A DNA stretch of 64,000 bases, taken from NCBI GenBank assembly GCA_041659045.1, contig JBAZZB010000001.1, positions 582,270 through 646,269 on the forward strand, read 5' to 3'. The stretch comes from Patescibacteria group bacterium. Lineage in GTDB: Bacteria > Patescibacteriota > Patescibacteriia > SG8-24 > DYFX01. The notes beneath the pieces are model-generated. The model did no database searches. It was not told the origin of the DNA and worked only from the letters and a program-made list of their open reading frames with translations. Position numbers and translations under genes: made by a program. Below are positions 27,555-36,441 of this stretch, piece by piece. Position 1 is the first letter of the stretch. The number at the start of each line of letters is the position of its first letter.

Positions 27555-28655
27555 ATGATTCTTTTTTCTGACCCGACAAATAACGCCATCGGACTCGACG
27601 TGAGCGAGCGCGTTTTCAGGCTGGTTGAAATCCGCAAAGGCCCTTTCTACCGCCGATCGCTTCAATTGCATCGTTATGCGGAAGAACGGCTGCCGGATGG
27701 TCTCGTTGTTGCCGGTGAATTCAAGAAACCCGACGAAGTCGTCACGCATTTAAAGAATCTCCTCAAGAAGGCTTACGGTCGACGCGTAACCCGCGGCGCC
27801 ATCGTTTCGTTGCCGGAAACTCGCACGTTCATCAAAGTTATCAACGTGAAGAAACCGGAGAAGGCCGAAGATATTCCTCGCGCCATCCTCGCCGAGGCCG
27901 AACTCCACATTCCAACGCCGATCGCTGATCTCTACATCGATTGGCAGCATCTTGAAGACCCCGCCACCGTTATTGTCGGAAAACCGATGAGTGTGACGAT
28001 TGGCGCCGCGCCAAAGTTGGTCGTTGATGGTTTTTCCGCGATCCTTGAAGCCACGGGGCTCGTACCAGTCGCCTTCGAAATCGAAGCGCAAGCGATCGTG
28101 CGCAGCGTGATTCCAAAGAGCGACGACGGTACGCGCGCGATTGGTATTATTGATTTCGGCGCCACCCGATCGAGCTTGATTGTCTACGACAAGGGCACGA
28201 TTCAATTTACTGTGAGCATTCCACTTTCTGGTGATGCGGTAACGCAACGCATCTCCGAAGCCTTGTCCGTCGATATTGCCGAAGCCGAGCGCACCAAACG
28301 GCAATGCGGCGTCGACGCCCACAAATGTGGCACTGGTCTTTGGAAGATCATGGAACCGTTCATTTCTGAGATGGCCAGTCGCATCAGCGACGCCGTCGAG
28401 TTTTATCGCGACCACTTTCCGAACGGCCGCGCGCTCGATGAGATTATTCTGTGCGGTGGTGGCGCGAACATGGCGCGCATGGACGAACTCCTGACGGAGA
28501 TCATCAAGACACCCGTCCGAAAGGCTGAACCGTGGGCGAATATCGATGTCGGTCACTCCTCCTTGCCGCCGGAGGTTCTCTTAAGCTCCACGACGTCGAT
28601 CGGCCTGGCACTACGGCAAGCGTTGCAGGAGCCAGCTCGCAAGAAAAAAGTATGA
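27555..28655 (+). CDS. pilM: Type IV pilus assembly protein PilM (actin-like ATPase)
   Basis: MILFSDPTNNAIGLDVSERVFRLVEI... with GGAGGA just upstream. The ORF track extends to a GTG at 27513. Confidence 0.8.
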   Translation: MILFSDPTNNAIGLDVSERVFRLVEIRKGPFYRRSLQLHRYAEERLPDGLVVAGEFKKPDEVVTHLKNLLKKAYGRRVTRGAIVSLPETRTFIKVINVKKPEKAEDIPRAILAEAELHIPTPIADLYIDWQHLEDPATVIVGKPMSVTIGAAPKLVVDGFSAILEATGLVPVAFEIEAQAIVRSVIPKSDDGTRAIGIIDFGATRSSLIVYDKGTIQFTVSIPLSGDAVTQRISEALSVDIAEAERTKRQCGVDAHKCGTGLWKIMEPFISEMASRISDAVEFYRDHFPNGRALDEIILCGGGANMARMDELLTEIIKTPVRKAEPWANIDVGHSSLPPEVLLSSTTSIGLALRQALQEPARKKKV

Positions 28656-29206
28656 TCGGGCTTAACCTTCTTTCACCCGCTCAAAAAGACGCGCTGCGCA
28701 TGCGCGTTCTCTACTCCTTGATCGAGCGCTTGATGATTACGCTCGTGTTTTTCACGTTCTTGTCCGGTATTTTGCTCATCCTTACGAAGATTCAGCTTTC
28801 CAAAAACCTGACGGAGATCGAGGCGCGCCAGATTTTGACCGCCGAGTATCTGACAGTCAACGACAGCGTCAAAGCGCTTGAACAGCAAATTGCTCGGATC
28901 GAAACGTTGCAACGCATGGCGATTTCGCCGTCTTCTCTGGTTCGCGATATCGCCGAACGCACGCCCGAAGGCATCGCCGTCACGAGTCTCCGTTTTGATA
29001 TTCCAGGGTCTCTGCTGGAGGTGACCGGTGTCGCGGCCAAGCGCGACGACCTTTTGTCATACGAAACCGCGCTGAAAAAGTCGCCGTTTATCAAACAGCT
29101 CGACTCCCCCATCTCCAACCTGCTTCGCAAAACGGACGTCGATTTCCAATTCGCGATCCAGCTGAATGCTGATGCGATGAAAGAAGCGTACGAAGCCACA
29201 CCATGA
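28652..29206 (+). CDS. pilN: PilN-like bitopic pilus assembly protein
   Basis: ATGA overlap with pilM; single TM plus coiled coil; position after pilM. Confidence 0.6.
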   Translation: MIGLNLLSPAQKDALRMRVLYSLIERLMITLVFFTFLSGILLILTKIQLSKNLTEIEARQILTAEYLTVNDSVKALEQQIARIETLQRMAISPSSLVRDIAERTPEGIAVTSLRFDIPGSLLEVTGVAAKRDDLLSYETALKKSPFIKQLDSPISNLLRKTDVDFQFAIQLNADAMKEAYEATP

Positions 29207-29757
29207 AACTCCAAAGCGCTAAACTTACCGTCGCGCTCATGGCCGTCAGCGGCGCCATCGCCCTGATCGGTATTGCCGTCTTCTTGATTGTACCTACGCT
29301 TACTGACGTGCGCGGCTTGCGGCAAAGTATCCTGACAGCTCAGGCTGAATTGGAAGCCCAGTACACGAATCGTAAGAACTTGCTTGCGAGCCAAACCAAG
29401 GTTGTGGAAACTCGCGAAACGATGAAGCTTTTGACGACGCAATTCGTTCCCGCCGGTCACGAGCTGGATTTTATTACCGCCGTTGAAGCGTTAGCGGCGG
29501 AGAACGGCGTTACGGAACGTCTTCAGCTTTCAAAGGCCGAGAAGCCTGTCGCACCTGAGCTTGAAAAGCGTTTCGATCTCACGTTGACAGGCCTGTTCCG
29601 CGAATCGCTTCAGACATTGATCGATCTCGAAAAACTTCCGACACTCATGATCATCGAGTCCATGACGGTTCGTCCCGGCGGCAGCTCGGACGGTCCTCCC
29701 ATACTGTCGATTGACGTCCACGGTTCGATTGCCGTGCCTCCCAAAGGGCTTCTATGA
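29203..29757 (+). CDS. pilO: PilO-like bitopic pilus assembly protein
   Basis: ATGA overlap with pilN; single TM plus coiled coil. Confidence 0.55.
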   Translation: MKLQSAKLTVALMAVSGAIALIGIAVFLIVPTLTDVRGLRQSILTAQAELEAQYTNRKNLLASQTKVVETRETMKLLTTQFVPAGHELDFITAVEALAAENGVTERLQLSKAEKPVAPELEKRFDLTLTGLFRESLQTLIDLEKLPTLMIIESMTVRPGGSSDGPPILSIDVHGSIAVPPKGLL

Positions 29758-30026
29758 AAAAGACGCTTTCCGCCACCGCGATCAATCGCATCTTCAACGT
29801 GGGTCTACTCTTTATCCTCGTGCTGTTCTTGGCGTTTCTAGGCTACGTCTACGTTGCTTACAGTTCAGCCTTGATCGGCGACGTACGTTCCCATGTTGCG
29901 CCGGATCCGCTCAAAGGCCTGCAGACAAAAAAATTCCAAGCGGCCGTTGACCGTCTGGAAGCCCGTACGAATTTGCCGGACGTACCGGCTGGCCTCGCGA
30001 ATCCGTTCGACGCGCCAAAAAAATAA
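29754..30026 (+). CDS. Small bitopic membrane protein, last gene of the pilus module (PilP-like by position only)
   Basis: ATGA overlap with pilO; one TM; no pilin signature. Confidence 0.4.
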   Translation: MKKTLSATAINRIFNVGLLFILVLFLAFLGYVYVAYSSALIGDVRSHVAPDPLKGLQTKKFQAAVDRLEARTNLPDVPAGLANPFDAPKK

Positions 30027-30028
30027 GC

Positions 30029-31165
30029 CTAACGCGCAAGCGCGTTTCGAAGGGCGTCGATGCAAAGATCGACGTCTTTTTCTTCTGAAGCCCATCCGAA
30101 ACTAATTCGCACGACGGATTTCGCGCGCGCATCATCAAGACCGAGCGCTTTCACGATCAACGAAGCTTCACGGCTGCCGGATTTGCACGCGGAACCCGCC
30201 GCAGTCATGACACCGACACGGCTCAACAAGAGCACGATCCAATCATTCTCCTTGCCAAGGCATTCGATCGTAACCACGTGAGGCGCCACCGGCGTCTCAG
30301 GCGAAAGCAGCGCCTTGGCACCCGACGGAAGCGCTTCCAAAAAACGCGCGCGCAGTTTTTGATACCGCTCAATCTCGGAAACACGCGCGCGCTGCAATGC
30401 TTCGGAGGCCGCGCCGAACCCAAGAATACCGGGAACATTTTCCGTGCCGGATCGCAAACCGCTCTCGTGCCCACCACCGGTCAGTAGCGGAGCGAGTTTT
30501 ACACCTCGGCGGATCACGAGCGCGCCAACACCTTTCGGCCCGCCGATCTTATGTGCGGAAATCGTCAGAACATCCGCGCGCGTCGAGGACATCGTTATGT
30601 CAGTCGAAACAACGGCTTGTACCGCATCGACGTGGAAAAACGGCTTGTGCGGCAATGCAGCCAAGGCCTTGCCGATCGCTTCCACCGGTTGCCGGCTACC
30701 GAGCTCATTGGAGGCAGCGATAACCGACACGAGCATTGTTTCGGCACGCACCGCCGAGAGAATATCTTCAACACGCACAACGCCATCCTTGCCTGGCGCC
30801 ACAATGGTCAGCTCAAGTCCACGCGCCGCAAGTGATTCAAATGTTTTCAACACCGAAGCATGCTCAAGTGCTGTCGTAATCGCGTGTGGGCGCTCACCAG
30901 CATTCAGCAGAGACTCAAGAATGCCGCGCAGAGCCAGGTTGTTCGCCTCCGTCGCGCCGGACGTAAAAACAATTTCAGACACATCAGCTCCAACAAGAGC
31001 TGCGACGGACACACGCGCTGTTTCAACGCGTTTGCGCGCCTCTTGGCCGAGGGCGTGAATGGCTGACGGATTCGCGTATGTTTCAAGCGACGCCGAAAAC
31101 GCCTCGACGGTTTCTGGTCGAAGCGGCGAACTGGCAGCGTTATCGAGATACGCAATGCGTTCCAT
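30029..31165 (-). CDS. iscS: Cysteine desulfurase
   Basis: MERIAYLDNAASSPL...SAHKIGGPKGVGAL (PLP-lysine motif). The start is at M11 of the ORF, just after the nifU stop. Confidence 0.9.
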   Translation of the reverse strand: MERIAYLDNAASSPLRPETVEAFSASLETYANPSAIHALGQEARKRVETARVSVAALVGADVSEIVFTSGATEANNLALRGILESLLNAGERPHAITTALEHASVLKTFESLAARGLELTIVAPGKDGVVRVEDILSAVRAETMLVSVIAASNELGSRQPVEAIGKALAALPHKPFFHVDAVQAVVSTDITMSSTRADVLTISAHKIGGPKGVGALVIRRGVKLAPLLTGGGHESGLRSGTENVPGILGFGAASEALQRARVSEIERYQKLRARFLEALPSGAKALLSPETPVAPHVVTIECLGKENDWIVLLLSRVGVMTAAGSACKSGSREASLIVKALGLDDARAKSVVRISFGWASEEKDVDLCIDALRNALAR

Positions 31166-31167
31166 AC

Positions 31168-31440
31168 TTATTCGGCAATTACGGAGGTGATCCAAGGAAA
31201 CGTTTTTTTGAGAAGCGGTTCGACACCGAGTTTAAGCGTCACGGGAGCAAGCGCGCAGTGTCCGCAAGCGCCGCGAAAACTCAATTTGACGATGCCCGCA
31301 ACTTCATCAATCGAAGCGATTTCAATCTCGCCACCATGCGCGCGCACGGCTGGCCGGATCTGTTCAAGAACCTCGTCGAGTTTCGCGTGCATATCGAACG
31401 AGGATAGCGGTTTTTCGTATCTTTGTAAAGTGTGTCGCAC
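31168..31440 (-). CDS. NifU/Nfu-type Fe-S cluster scaffold domain protein
   Basis: GGEIEIASIDEVAGIVKLSFRGACGHCALAPVTLKLGVEPLL. Confidence 0.8.
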   Translation of the reverse strand: MRHTLQRYEKPLSSFDMHAKLDEVLEQIRPAVRAHGGEIEIASIDEVAGIVKLSFRGACGHCALAPVTLKLGVEPLLKKTFPWITSVIAE

Positions 31441-31469
31441 TCAAATGAAAAAGCCTGACCTGAGACAGT

Positions 31470-32195
31470 TCAGGGCAGGCCGATGCGACGCTTGATGGAA
31501 TCAAGCACGGGGTGGAACGAATTCGTCACGTGCACTTCTCCCATGATGTCGAGCGCGCGAAGCTTCTCGGCGGCCTCGTCGGTTTCCGCAATGCCGATTC
31601 GGTGCTCCTTGAGGTGACCGATATGCCGGTCACCGCCAGTGTCACCGGCGCCGATGAGACGTTCGTGCGGCACGCCGTGCGTGTCCGCAAAGTGGCGCGA
31701 GCGCTCACCCTTTTGCTCCGGAATCGTCAGCGTCTCTTCGACGTAACCGACGACGAGATCACCGTCATGGATCAAGCGACCCGCGTAGACCGCGTCGATC
31801 TGGAGGCCGTGACGCATCGCGATGTACTCGATGAAATCAGCGCAACCATAGGAGACGGCGCAGGTGCGAAGCCCAACGGACACGCACCAGGCGTACGTCT
31901 CGACGACTCCGTCGCGCAAGACAACGTTGTCGAGCGCGGCTTGCCACGCCTGACGTGTCACGCGATGGGTGACATACATGTCGAGCGTCCTCTGAAGCCA
32001 CTCCATCTCCTGTTCTGGTGTCAACCGACCAGTAGAGGCCGGCGTCGTGAAGCGCGCACGGAGCGCGATCATCTCATCGTTGGCTTCGGATGGCAGGGCG
32101 TAGTCGTCCACGACCTGCACCAACGCCGTCTGCTTCTTGGTCGTCCAAGTACCGTCGACATCAGAGGCAAACAGCCAATTCCGTGGGTTTCGCAT
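31470..32195 (-). CDS. HAD-superfamily hydrolase
   Basis: FASDVDGTW is the DxDGT motif I; GGAG RBS. Confidence 0.7.
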   Translation of the reverse strand: MRNPRNWLFASDVDGTWTTKKQTALVQVVDDYALPSEANDEMIALRARFTTPASTGRLTPEQEMEWLQRTLDMYVTHRVTRQAWQAALDNVVLRDGVVETYAWCVSVGLRTCAVSYGCADFIEYIAMRHGLQIDAVYAGRLIHDGDLVVGYVEETLTIPEQKGERSRHFADTHGVPHERLIGAGDTGGDRHIGHLKEHRIGIAETDEAAEKLRALDIMGEVHVTNSFHPVLDSIKRRIGLP

Positions 32196-32246
32196 CGTGG
32201 AACTCCTGACAAGTTGTGATGGGACTCGCGTTGCCTTACGTTAAAG

Positions 32247-32281
32247 AAAACGCCCATCGAAGTCAATCGACGGGCGTTTTT
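32247..32281. terminator. Bidirectional terminator-like hairpin
   Basis: AAAA-cgcccatcga-agtcaa-tcgacgggcg-TTTTT (10-bp stem with one mismatch). Confidence 0.55.
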
Positions 32282-32301
32282 CATGATGCACAGCGGCACT
32301 C

Positions 32302-32330
32302 TTGACAGAATCGTTTTTTCCACGTATATT
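32302..32330 (+). promoter_or_regulatory. Near-consensus sigma70 promoter pointing into the 3' end of the TrmB operon (antisense or sRNA promoter candidate)
   Basis: TTGACA-17nt-TATATT. No plus-strand protein gene downstream; the next about 190 bp contain several hairpins. Confidence 0.5.
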
Positions 32331-32527
32331 CTCTCGTCATGCTCGAGGTGGAACCATTCTGCCGAAAGAGCATGGCATATCCCCGCCATCGCTCCTTCAC
32401 TCGGTCCACGACCGAGCACGCAGACCCATAATTTTCCGAGCCTGACTCACTTACAAGTGGGAAGGAATCGAGAACGAAAATGGGTATTCTCATCCACTTC
32501 AATTGAGCCAAGGTTGATCACCCGGCT

Positions 32528-33316
32528 CTATTTTGTTTCTGCCAAACCTGCCTGCATCCATGCAAGCTCAAAAAGTGTTCGTACCATTGTCGCCATTTCT
32601 TTACTATGGATAATGACCCCGACAATTTTGCCCTTCAAGGCAACCATAGAGACCATGTCACCGTAAACAGTGAGCTCACCGTGCATAGGAAACTGGTTCT
32701 TTGAAAGCCTGCGGTACTGCCAATGTGAACCTCCCTCGGAGGGCGGATCATATTTTGTCTCAGAAGAAAAAATAACTCGACCTTTAATTTTTCTTTCGGA
32801 CATACGCTTGTTGTGTTTTTTCCAATGGTTCTCAGGGAGCAGGTGTCGAATATCATCAATCGACACGATATCATCGATATGTGTCGCATTTGATACAAAG
32901 AAAATTTCCCTCATCGCTTCTAAACCCTCCTCACCTTCATAAAAAGAAACCTTTGGCCTCTCTCCTGCAGCATCAGATATAGCTTCAAGATCAGGTAGCA
33001 GTCGTTTAATAACCGACTCTTTTTCATCAACAACTGCGCGTTCATGATGCACAATACGGTGCAGCCTCTCAGGCTTTTCCGCGGTGTATAGTGACTTTTT
33101 TCCTTTTTCAAAAGTGCTCATCAGACCCTTTTGTAGTAACGCCTCAATCATTACGTATGTAGTCGCACGATTTACATCGGCTTTTCTGGCAATAACCTGC
33201 ACTGGAGATGGACCTAATTCCAAAGAGGCCAGATAGACCAAGGCTTCTTTGTCAGACAATCCCAACTTTTCAAGTTCGCGTGCAAACGATTTCATACCAA
33301 AAATGAGGTCAGCCAA
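32528..33316 (-). CDS. TrmB-family transcriptional regulator
   Basis: N-terminal wHTH ELEKLGLSDKEALVYLASLELGPSPVQVIARKADVNRATTYVMIEALLQKGLMS. Markedly AT-richer than the window average. Confidence 0.7.
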   Translation of the reverse strand: MADLIFGMKSFARELEKLGLSDKEALVYLASLELGPSPVQVIARKADVNRATTYVMIEALLQKGLMSTFEKGKKSLYTAEKPERLHRIVHHERAVVDEKESVIKRLLPDLEAISDAAGERPKVSFYEGEEGLEAMREIFFVSNATHIDDIVSIDDIRHLLPENHWKKHNKRMSERKIKGRVIFSSETKYDPPSEGGSHWQYRRLSKNQFPMHGELTVYGDMVSMVALKGKIVGVIIHSKEMATMVRTLFELAWMQAGLAETK

Positions 33317-33344
33317 TTTATCAACCTGTTTATACTAACAAACA

Positions 33345-34157
33345 TTATCTTGGATGTAAATTCTTTGCCGCATTTGAATTCCAGATTGTATCGAACATGA
33401 TCTTGGCCAACTTTGCCGTATCTGTATTCTTGATAATACAGCCGTGGGGGACTTCTGCGTACGAAACTAACACAATATAATCACCAAAAATCGCAACTTC
33501 GCTACTCGTCTTCGTATCGTTACTTGATAATACTTTGTATTGCGACCTTAGGTTTTTAACGAATGGCCTCCAAGTCTTAAGCCTGCGGGGGTCACCGATC
33601 ATTAGTTGACGCTTTGAAATTCGCTTTGCGTTAAGGTCAAGATTGTAGTTAACAGATTTATCTGCTGGCAATTTGTTATACCCAACGATTGCCACGCTCT
33701 GAAACATCATGACATCAAAACTCTTTACCCCGGAATCAATCAGCGTTTTTTGTAAAATTTTAAGCCCGTCCCAACCATCATAGTATTTAACTTCCATCTT
33801 CTCACCCGTAACTGAAATTAGCGATTCAAGTCCTGGCAACAACGATTTCAGCTTTGATTCGCGTTCCGAGAGTTTCTTTTTTTCTTCTTCAACGAGACGC
33901 AAAAGCTGGGCGGGGCGTTCTGCCTGAAAAAACTGCTTCTTCCCCCTTGTGTGGGAGCTCATGAGACCGCGTTTGACGAGGCCGCCGATGGCGACGTAGG
34001 CGGTCGGGCGGACGACGGCGGCTTTGGCGGCGAGCTGCTGGGCGGTGGCCGCGCCAATTTCAAGAGAGGCCGTATAGACCTTTACCTCGTTGGCGCTGAG
34101 ACCCAGCTCTTCCAATTGTTTTTGGACGGAATCCATATCGTAGTCACAGAATAGCAT
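33345..34157 (-). CDS. TrmB-family transcriptional regulator, paralog
   Basis: LEELGLSANEVKVYTASLEIGAATAQQLAAKAAVVRPTAYVAIGGLVKRGLMS. There are 28 bp before the next gene. The true start may be M8 at 34136. Confidence 0.7.
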   Translation of the reverse strand: MLFCDYDMDSVQKQLEELGLSANEVKVYTASLEIGAATAQQLAAKAAVVRPTAYVAIGGLVKRGLMSSHTRGKKQFFQAERPAQLLRLVEEEKKKLSERESKLKSLLPGLESLISVTGEKMEVKYYDGWDGLKILQKTLIDSGVKSFDVMMFQSVAIVGYNKLPADKSVNYNLDLNAKRISKRQLMIGDPRRLKTWRPFVKNLRSQYKVLSSNDTKTSSEVAIFGDYIVLVSYAEVPHGCIIKNTDTAKLAKIMFDTIWNSNAAKNLHPR

Positions 34158-34166
34158 GTTTCTTCA

Positions 34167-34190
34167 AAAGTGTCAAACACTTGACACTTT
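34167..34190. promoter_or_regulatory. 24-bp perfect palindrome, candidate TrmB operator in the divergent promoter
   Basis: AAAGTGTCAA-acac-TTGACACTTT. Each arm contains a TTGACA -35-like hexamer on its own strand. Confidence 0.5.
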
Positions 34191-34200
34191 ATGAACAGGT

Positions 34201-34857
34201 GTGATAGGCAATGCGCACGATATGTTATCCACTTCTATGGACCCCTTACCGCCCTACTGGGACGCCGTCGCGCCGCGCTGGGATGCGCTGCTCGCCGACG
34301 CTTCATCCTTCACGAACCATCAGGAAAGCTTTAGGCGCTTCCACTGGTTCTTGAAACGTGCGCTCAAAATTGGAAACCGCACGAAATCGTACCGCCTCCT
34401 TGATCTCGCCTGCGGCACAGGGGAAGCATCTTGGCCGCTTTGGAAGCGCGTGGCGTCCGTCACGTTCCTCGACCGATCAACGAGCATGCTTCGCGCAGCG
34501 CGGAACAAATATCCAAAAGGTATCTTCGTGCGCGGCGACGCCTCCTCTCTCCCCTTCCTGGACGCGGAGTTCGATGTTGTTATTTCAAGAGGTGCCGTGC
34601 TCTCCCAACTCGAATCCGAGCAGCTCGCCTCCGCGCTGGCGCATATTTGGAGGATTCTTCGAGCGCAAGGATATTTCTTTTTTGATTTCGTGACGAACCC
34701 AGCGCTCGTTCCCGCGCCCGAAGGCGTCTATCGCACTGGCTGGCGCCGCCAAGACATCGAAGATTTGCTGAAGCGGCATCTACCCGGGGTGACGATTCTG
34801 GCCTACGACGGCACCGAAGCGCACGCCTTCAATCGCGTCCTTGTGAGAAAGCCTTGA
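34201..34857 (+). CDS. Class I SAM-dependent methyltransferase
   Basis: LLDLACGTGEAS (motif I) ... VVISRGAVL. The start may be GTG 34201 or ATG 34222. Confidence 0.75.
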   Translation: MIGNAHDMLSTSMDPLPPYWDAVAPRWDALLADASSFTNHQESFRRFHWFLKRALKIGNRTKSYRLLDLACGTGEASWPLWKRVASVTFLDRSTSMLRAARNKYPKGIFVRGDASSLPFLDAEFDVVISRGAVLSQLESEQLASALAHIWRILRAQGYFFFDFVTNPALVPAPEGVYRTGWRRQDIEDLLKRHLPGVTILAYDGTEAHAFNRVLVRKP

Positions 34858-34858
34858 T

Positions 34859-35425
34859 ATGGCAAAGCGTGAGTTTGTCCTACCTGTTGATGCTTCCTCG
34901 GCGCGCGAAGCTCTGCGCACCGTCTGCAACCCCGTAAAACGCTCTCAGATCGACGATTCCCTCTTTCGGGGCCCTGATAACATCACGGCTCGTTTGCGCC
35001 GCCAGGACACCGTTACGCGCCTTAGTTGCACGCACCCAAGTGCTCTGTCCGATGCGCCGGAAACCGTCGTTTTGGATTATCGAGCCTGCCAGCGTCTTTT
35101 GGAGCTTTTAGGGTTTGAAGCCGTCGACCGCGTCCGCTTCTCACGCGAAACGTGGCGCCAATGCCAATACCTCATCCACCTCGATCGTACCGAGGCTTTG
35201 GGCGACTATTTAACAGTTGAAGCCGAGGTTGGAAGCGCCTCGCACCAGAACTATCGGCGACAGGTCTTGAAGTTCCTTAGAAATATGGGTATTTTGCCTT
35301 TAGAACCTGGTAGTTACCCGGTGGACAAGCCCGGTCTTTATGGGGTTGACAGTTCCACCGACCTTCCCTATACTGCCCCTATCGTCCCGGGCCGTTCGGA
35401 GCAATTCGAACCCCAAGGGACCTAA
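34859..35425 (+). CDS. CYTH-domain protein (class IV adenylyl cyclase / triphosphate tunnel fold)
   Basis: [17 protein letters not shown] ... [20 protein letters not shown] ... [10 protein letters not shown] matches the CYTH pattern. Confidence 0.5.
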   Translation: MAKREFVLPVDASSAREALRTVCNPVKRSQIDDSLFRGPDNITARLRRQDTVTRLSCTHPSALSDAPETVVLDYRACQRLLELLGFEAVDRVRFSRETWRQCQYLIHLDRTEALGDYLTVEAEVGSASHQNYRRQVLKFLRNMGILPLEPGSYPVDKPGLYGVDSSTDLPYTAPIVPGRSEQFEPQGT

Positions 35426-35436
35426 AACACTCTGGT

Positions 35437-35724
35437 ATGGCAACAAAAAAAGCAGGCGGCTCTACACAACTTGGCCGCGATTCCATCTCCAAGCGCTTGG
35501 GCGTCAAGCTCTCTGGCGGCTCGGTGGCCAAAGTCGGAGCGATCATCGTTCGCCAGCGCGGTACCAAGGTCCACCCGGGCCTGAACACCAAGCGCGCCGG
35601 AGACGACACGATCTTCGCAACGGCGCACGGCAAGGTTCGCTTCGTCACTCGCAAGGCTCGCCGTTTCGACGGCACCTTGAAAGCGCGGACGTACGTCCAC
35701 GTTGACGAGAAAAGCGCCAAGTAA
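35437..35724 (+). CDS. rpmA: 50S ribosomal protein bL27
   Basis: [28 protein letters not shown]...HPG matches the bL27 N-terminal signature. Confidence 0.9.
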   Translation: MATKKAGGSTQLGRDSISKRLGVKLSGGSVAKVGAIIVRQRGTKVHPGLNTKRAGDDTIFATAHGKVRFVTRKARRFDGTLKARTYVHVDEKSAK

Positions 35725-35760
35725 GAAAAAACCGGCCCTTCATGAAGGCCGGTTTTTTCG
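35725..35760. terminator. Terminator after rpmA
   Basis: A6-accggccctt-catg-aagggccggt-T6. Confidence 0.75.
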
Positions 35761-35790
35761 TATTGAAAAACTCCCGGCCATGACCGGGAG

Positions 35791-36333
35791 TCAGCATTCC
35801 TCTGCAGAAATTGATGCCGTCGCTTCTTGTGCCGGCTCGCCGGCGAAGAGCTCGTACTCGCCGAGGCCTGCTGCAGAACTGCGTCTCCCTAGCCTCCGCG
35901 CCGGAAAGAAACCGAGCGTGCGTTTCTGCTTGCTCTCTTTGCGGTACATGAAGCGCAGCAGGCCGACGTAGCCGTTCATCAGGACCGGCTGCGGCAGCGT
36001 GAGACCAGTGGCCACGCACCCCGCCTCCGGGTACTGCCCGAGCAGGGCCAGGAACGCGTGCGAAGAAATCGGCTCATGCCCCTCCTCCATCAACAACTCG
36101 AGAGCACGGATGTCGCTGATGCTCAGTGCACGTGGTCGCACGAGCGCGAAGAGCGTGATCGAGACGATCCTCAGCTCTGAAATCACTTCGAGTCGGAAGT
36201 GATCGCTGACGCGATCCAGGCCGCCGAACACAGGATCCTGTTCGAGCGCGACGTTCGCGGCCGCCAGGAGATCTTCGTACCGATCGTCGGGTCTGATGCG
36301 CACGGAAAACGTCTGTCTGCGTTGGAACGTCAA
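35791..36333 (-). CDS. Hypothetical protein (180 aa)
   Basis: ORF with coding-like composition, ending at hairpin ctcccgg-ccatga-ccgggag plus a T-run. Confidence 0.45.
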   Translation of the reverse strand: MTFQRRQTFSVRIRPDDRYEDLLAAANVALEQDPVFGGLDRVSDHFRLEVISELRIVSITLFALVRPRALSISDIRALELLMEEGHEPISSHAFLALLGQYPEAGCVATGLTLPQPVLMNGYVGLLRFMYRKESKQKRTLGFFPARRLGRRSSAAGLGEYELFAGEPAQEATASISAEEC

Positions 36334-36441
36334 AGGTCACCTCCTAGTCGGAAGCTACCACTTCTCCGTGTCGCTGGCAACGCTGTGTGTCGGATTGACT
36401 CAGGTGCCATTCTGCGCTAGGTTCGATTCCAAGGAGCGCCC

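Noticed and set aside
36412-36426. GGTTCGATTCC, the tRNA T-loop consensus, just upstream of the PadR-like gene
   Set aside because: No matching acceptor or anticodon stems could be built from flanking sequence. The motif overlaps the GGAG RBS of the PadR gene and is therefore coincidental.
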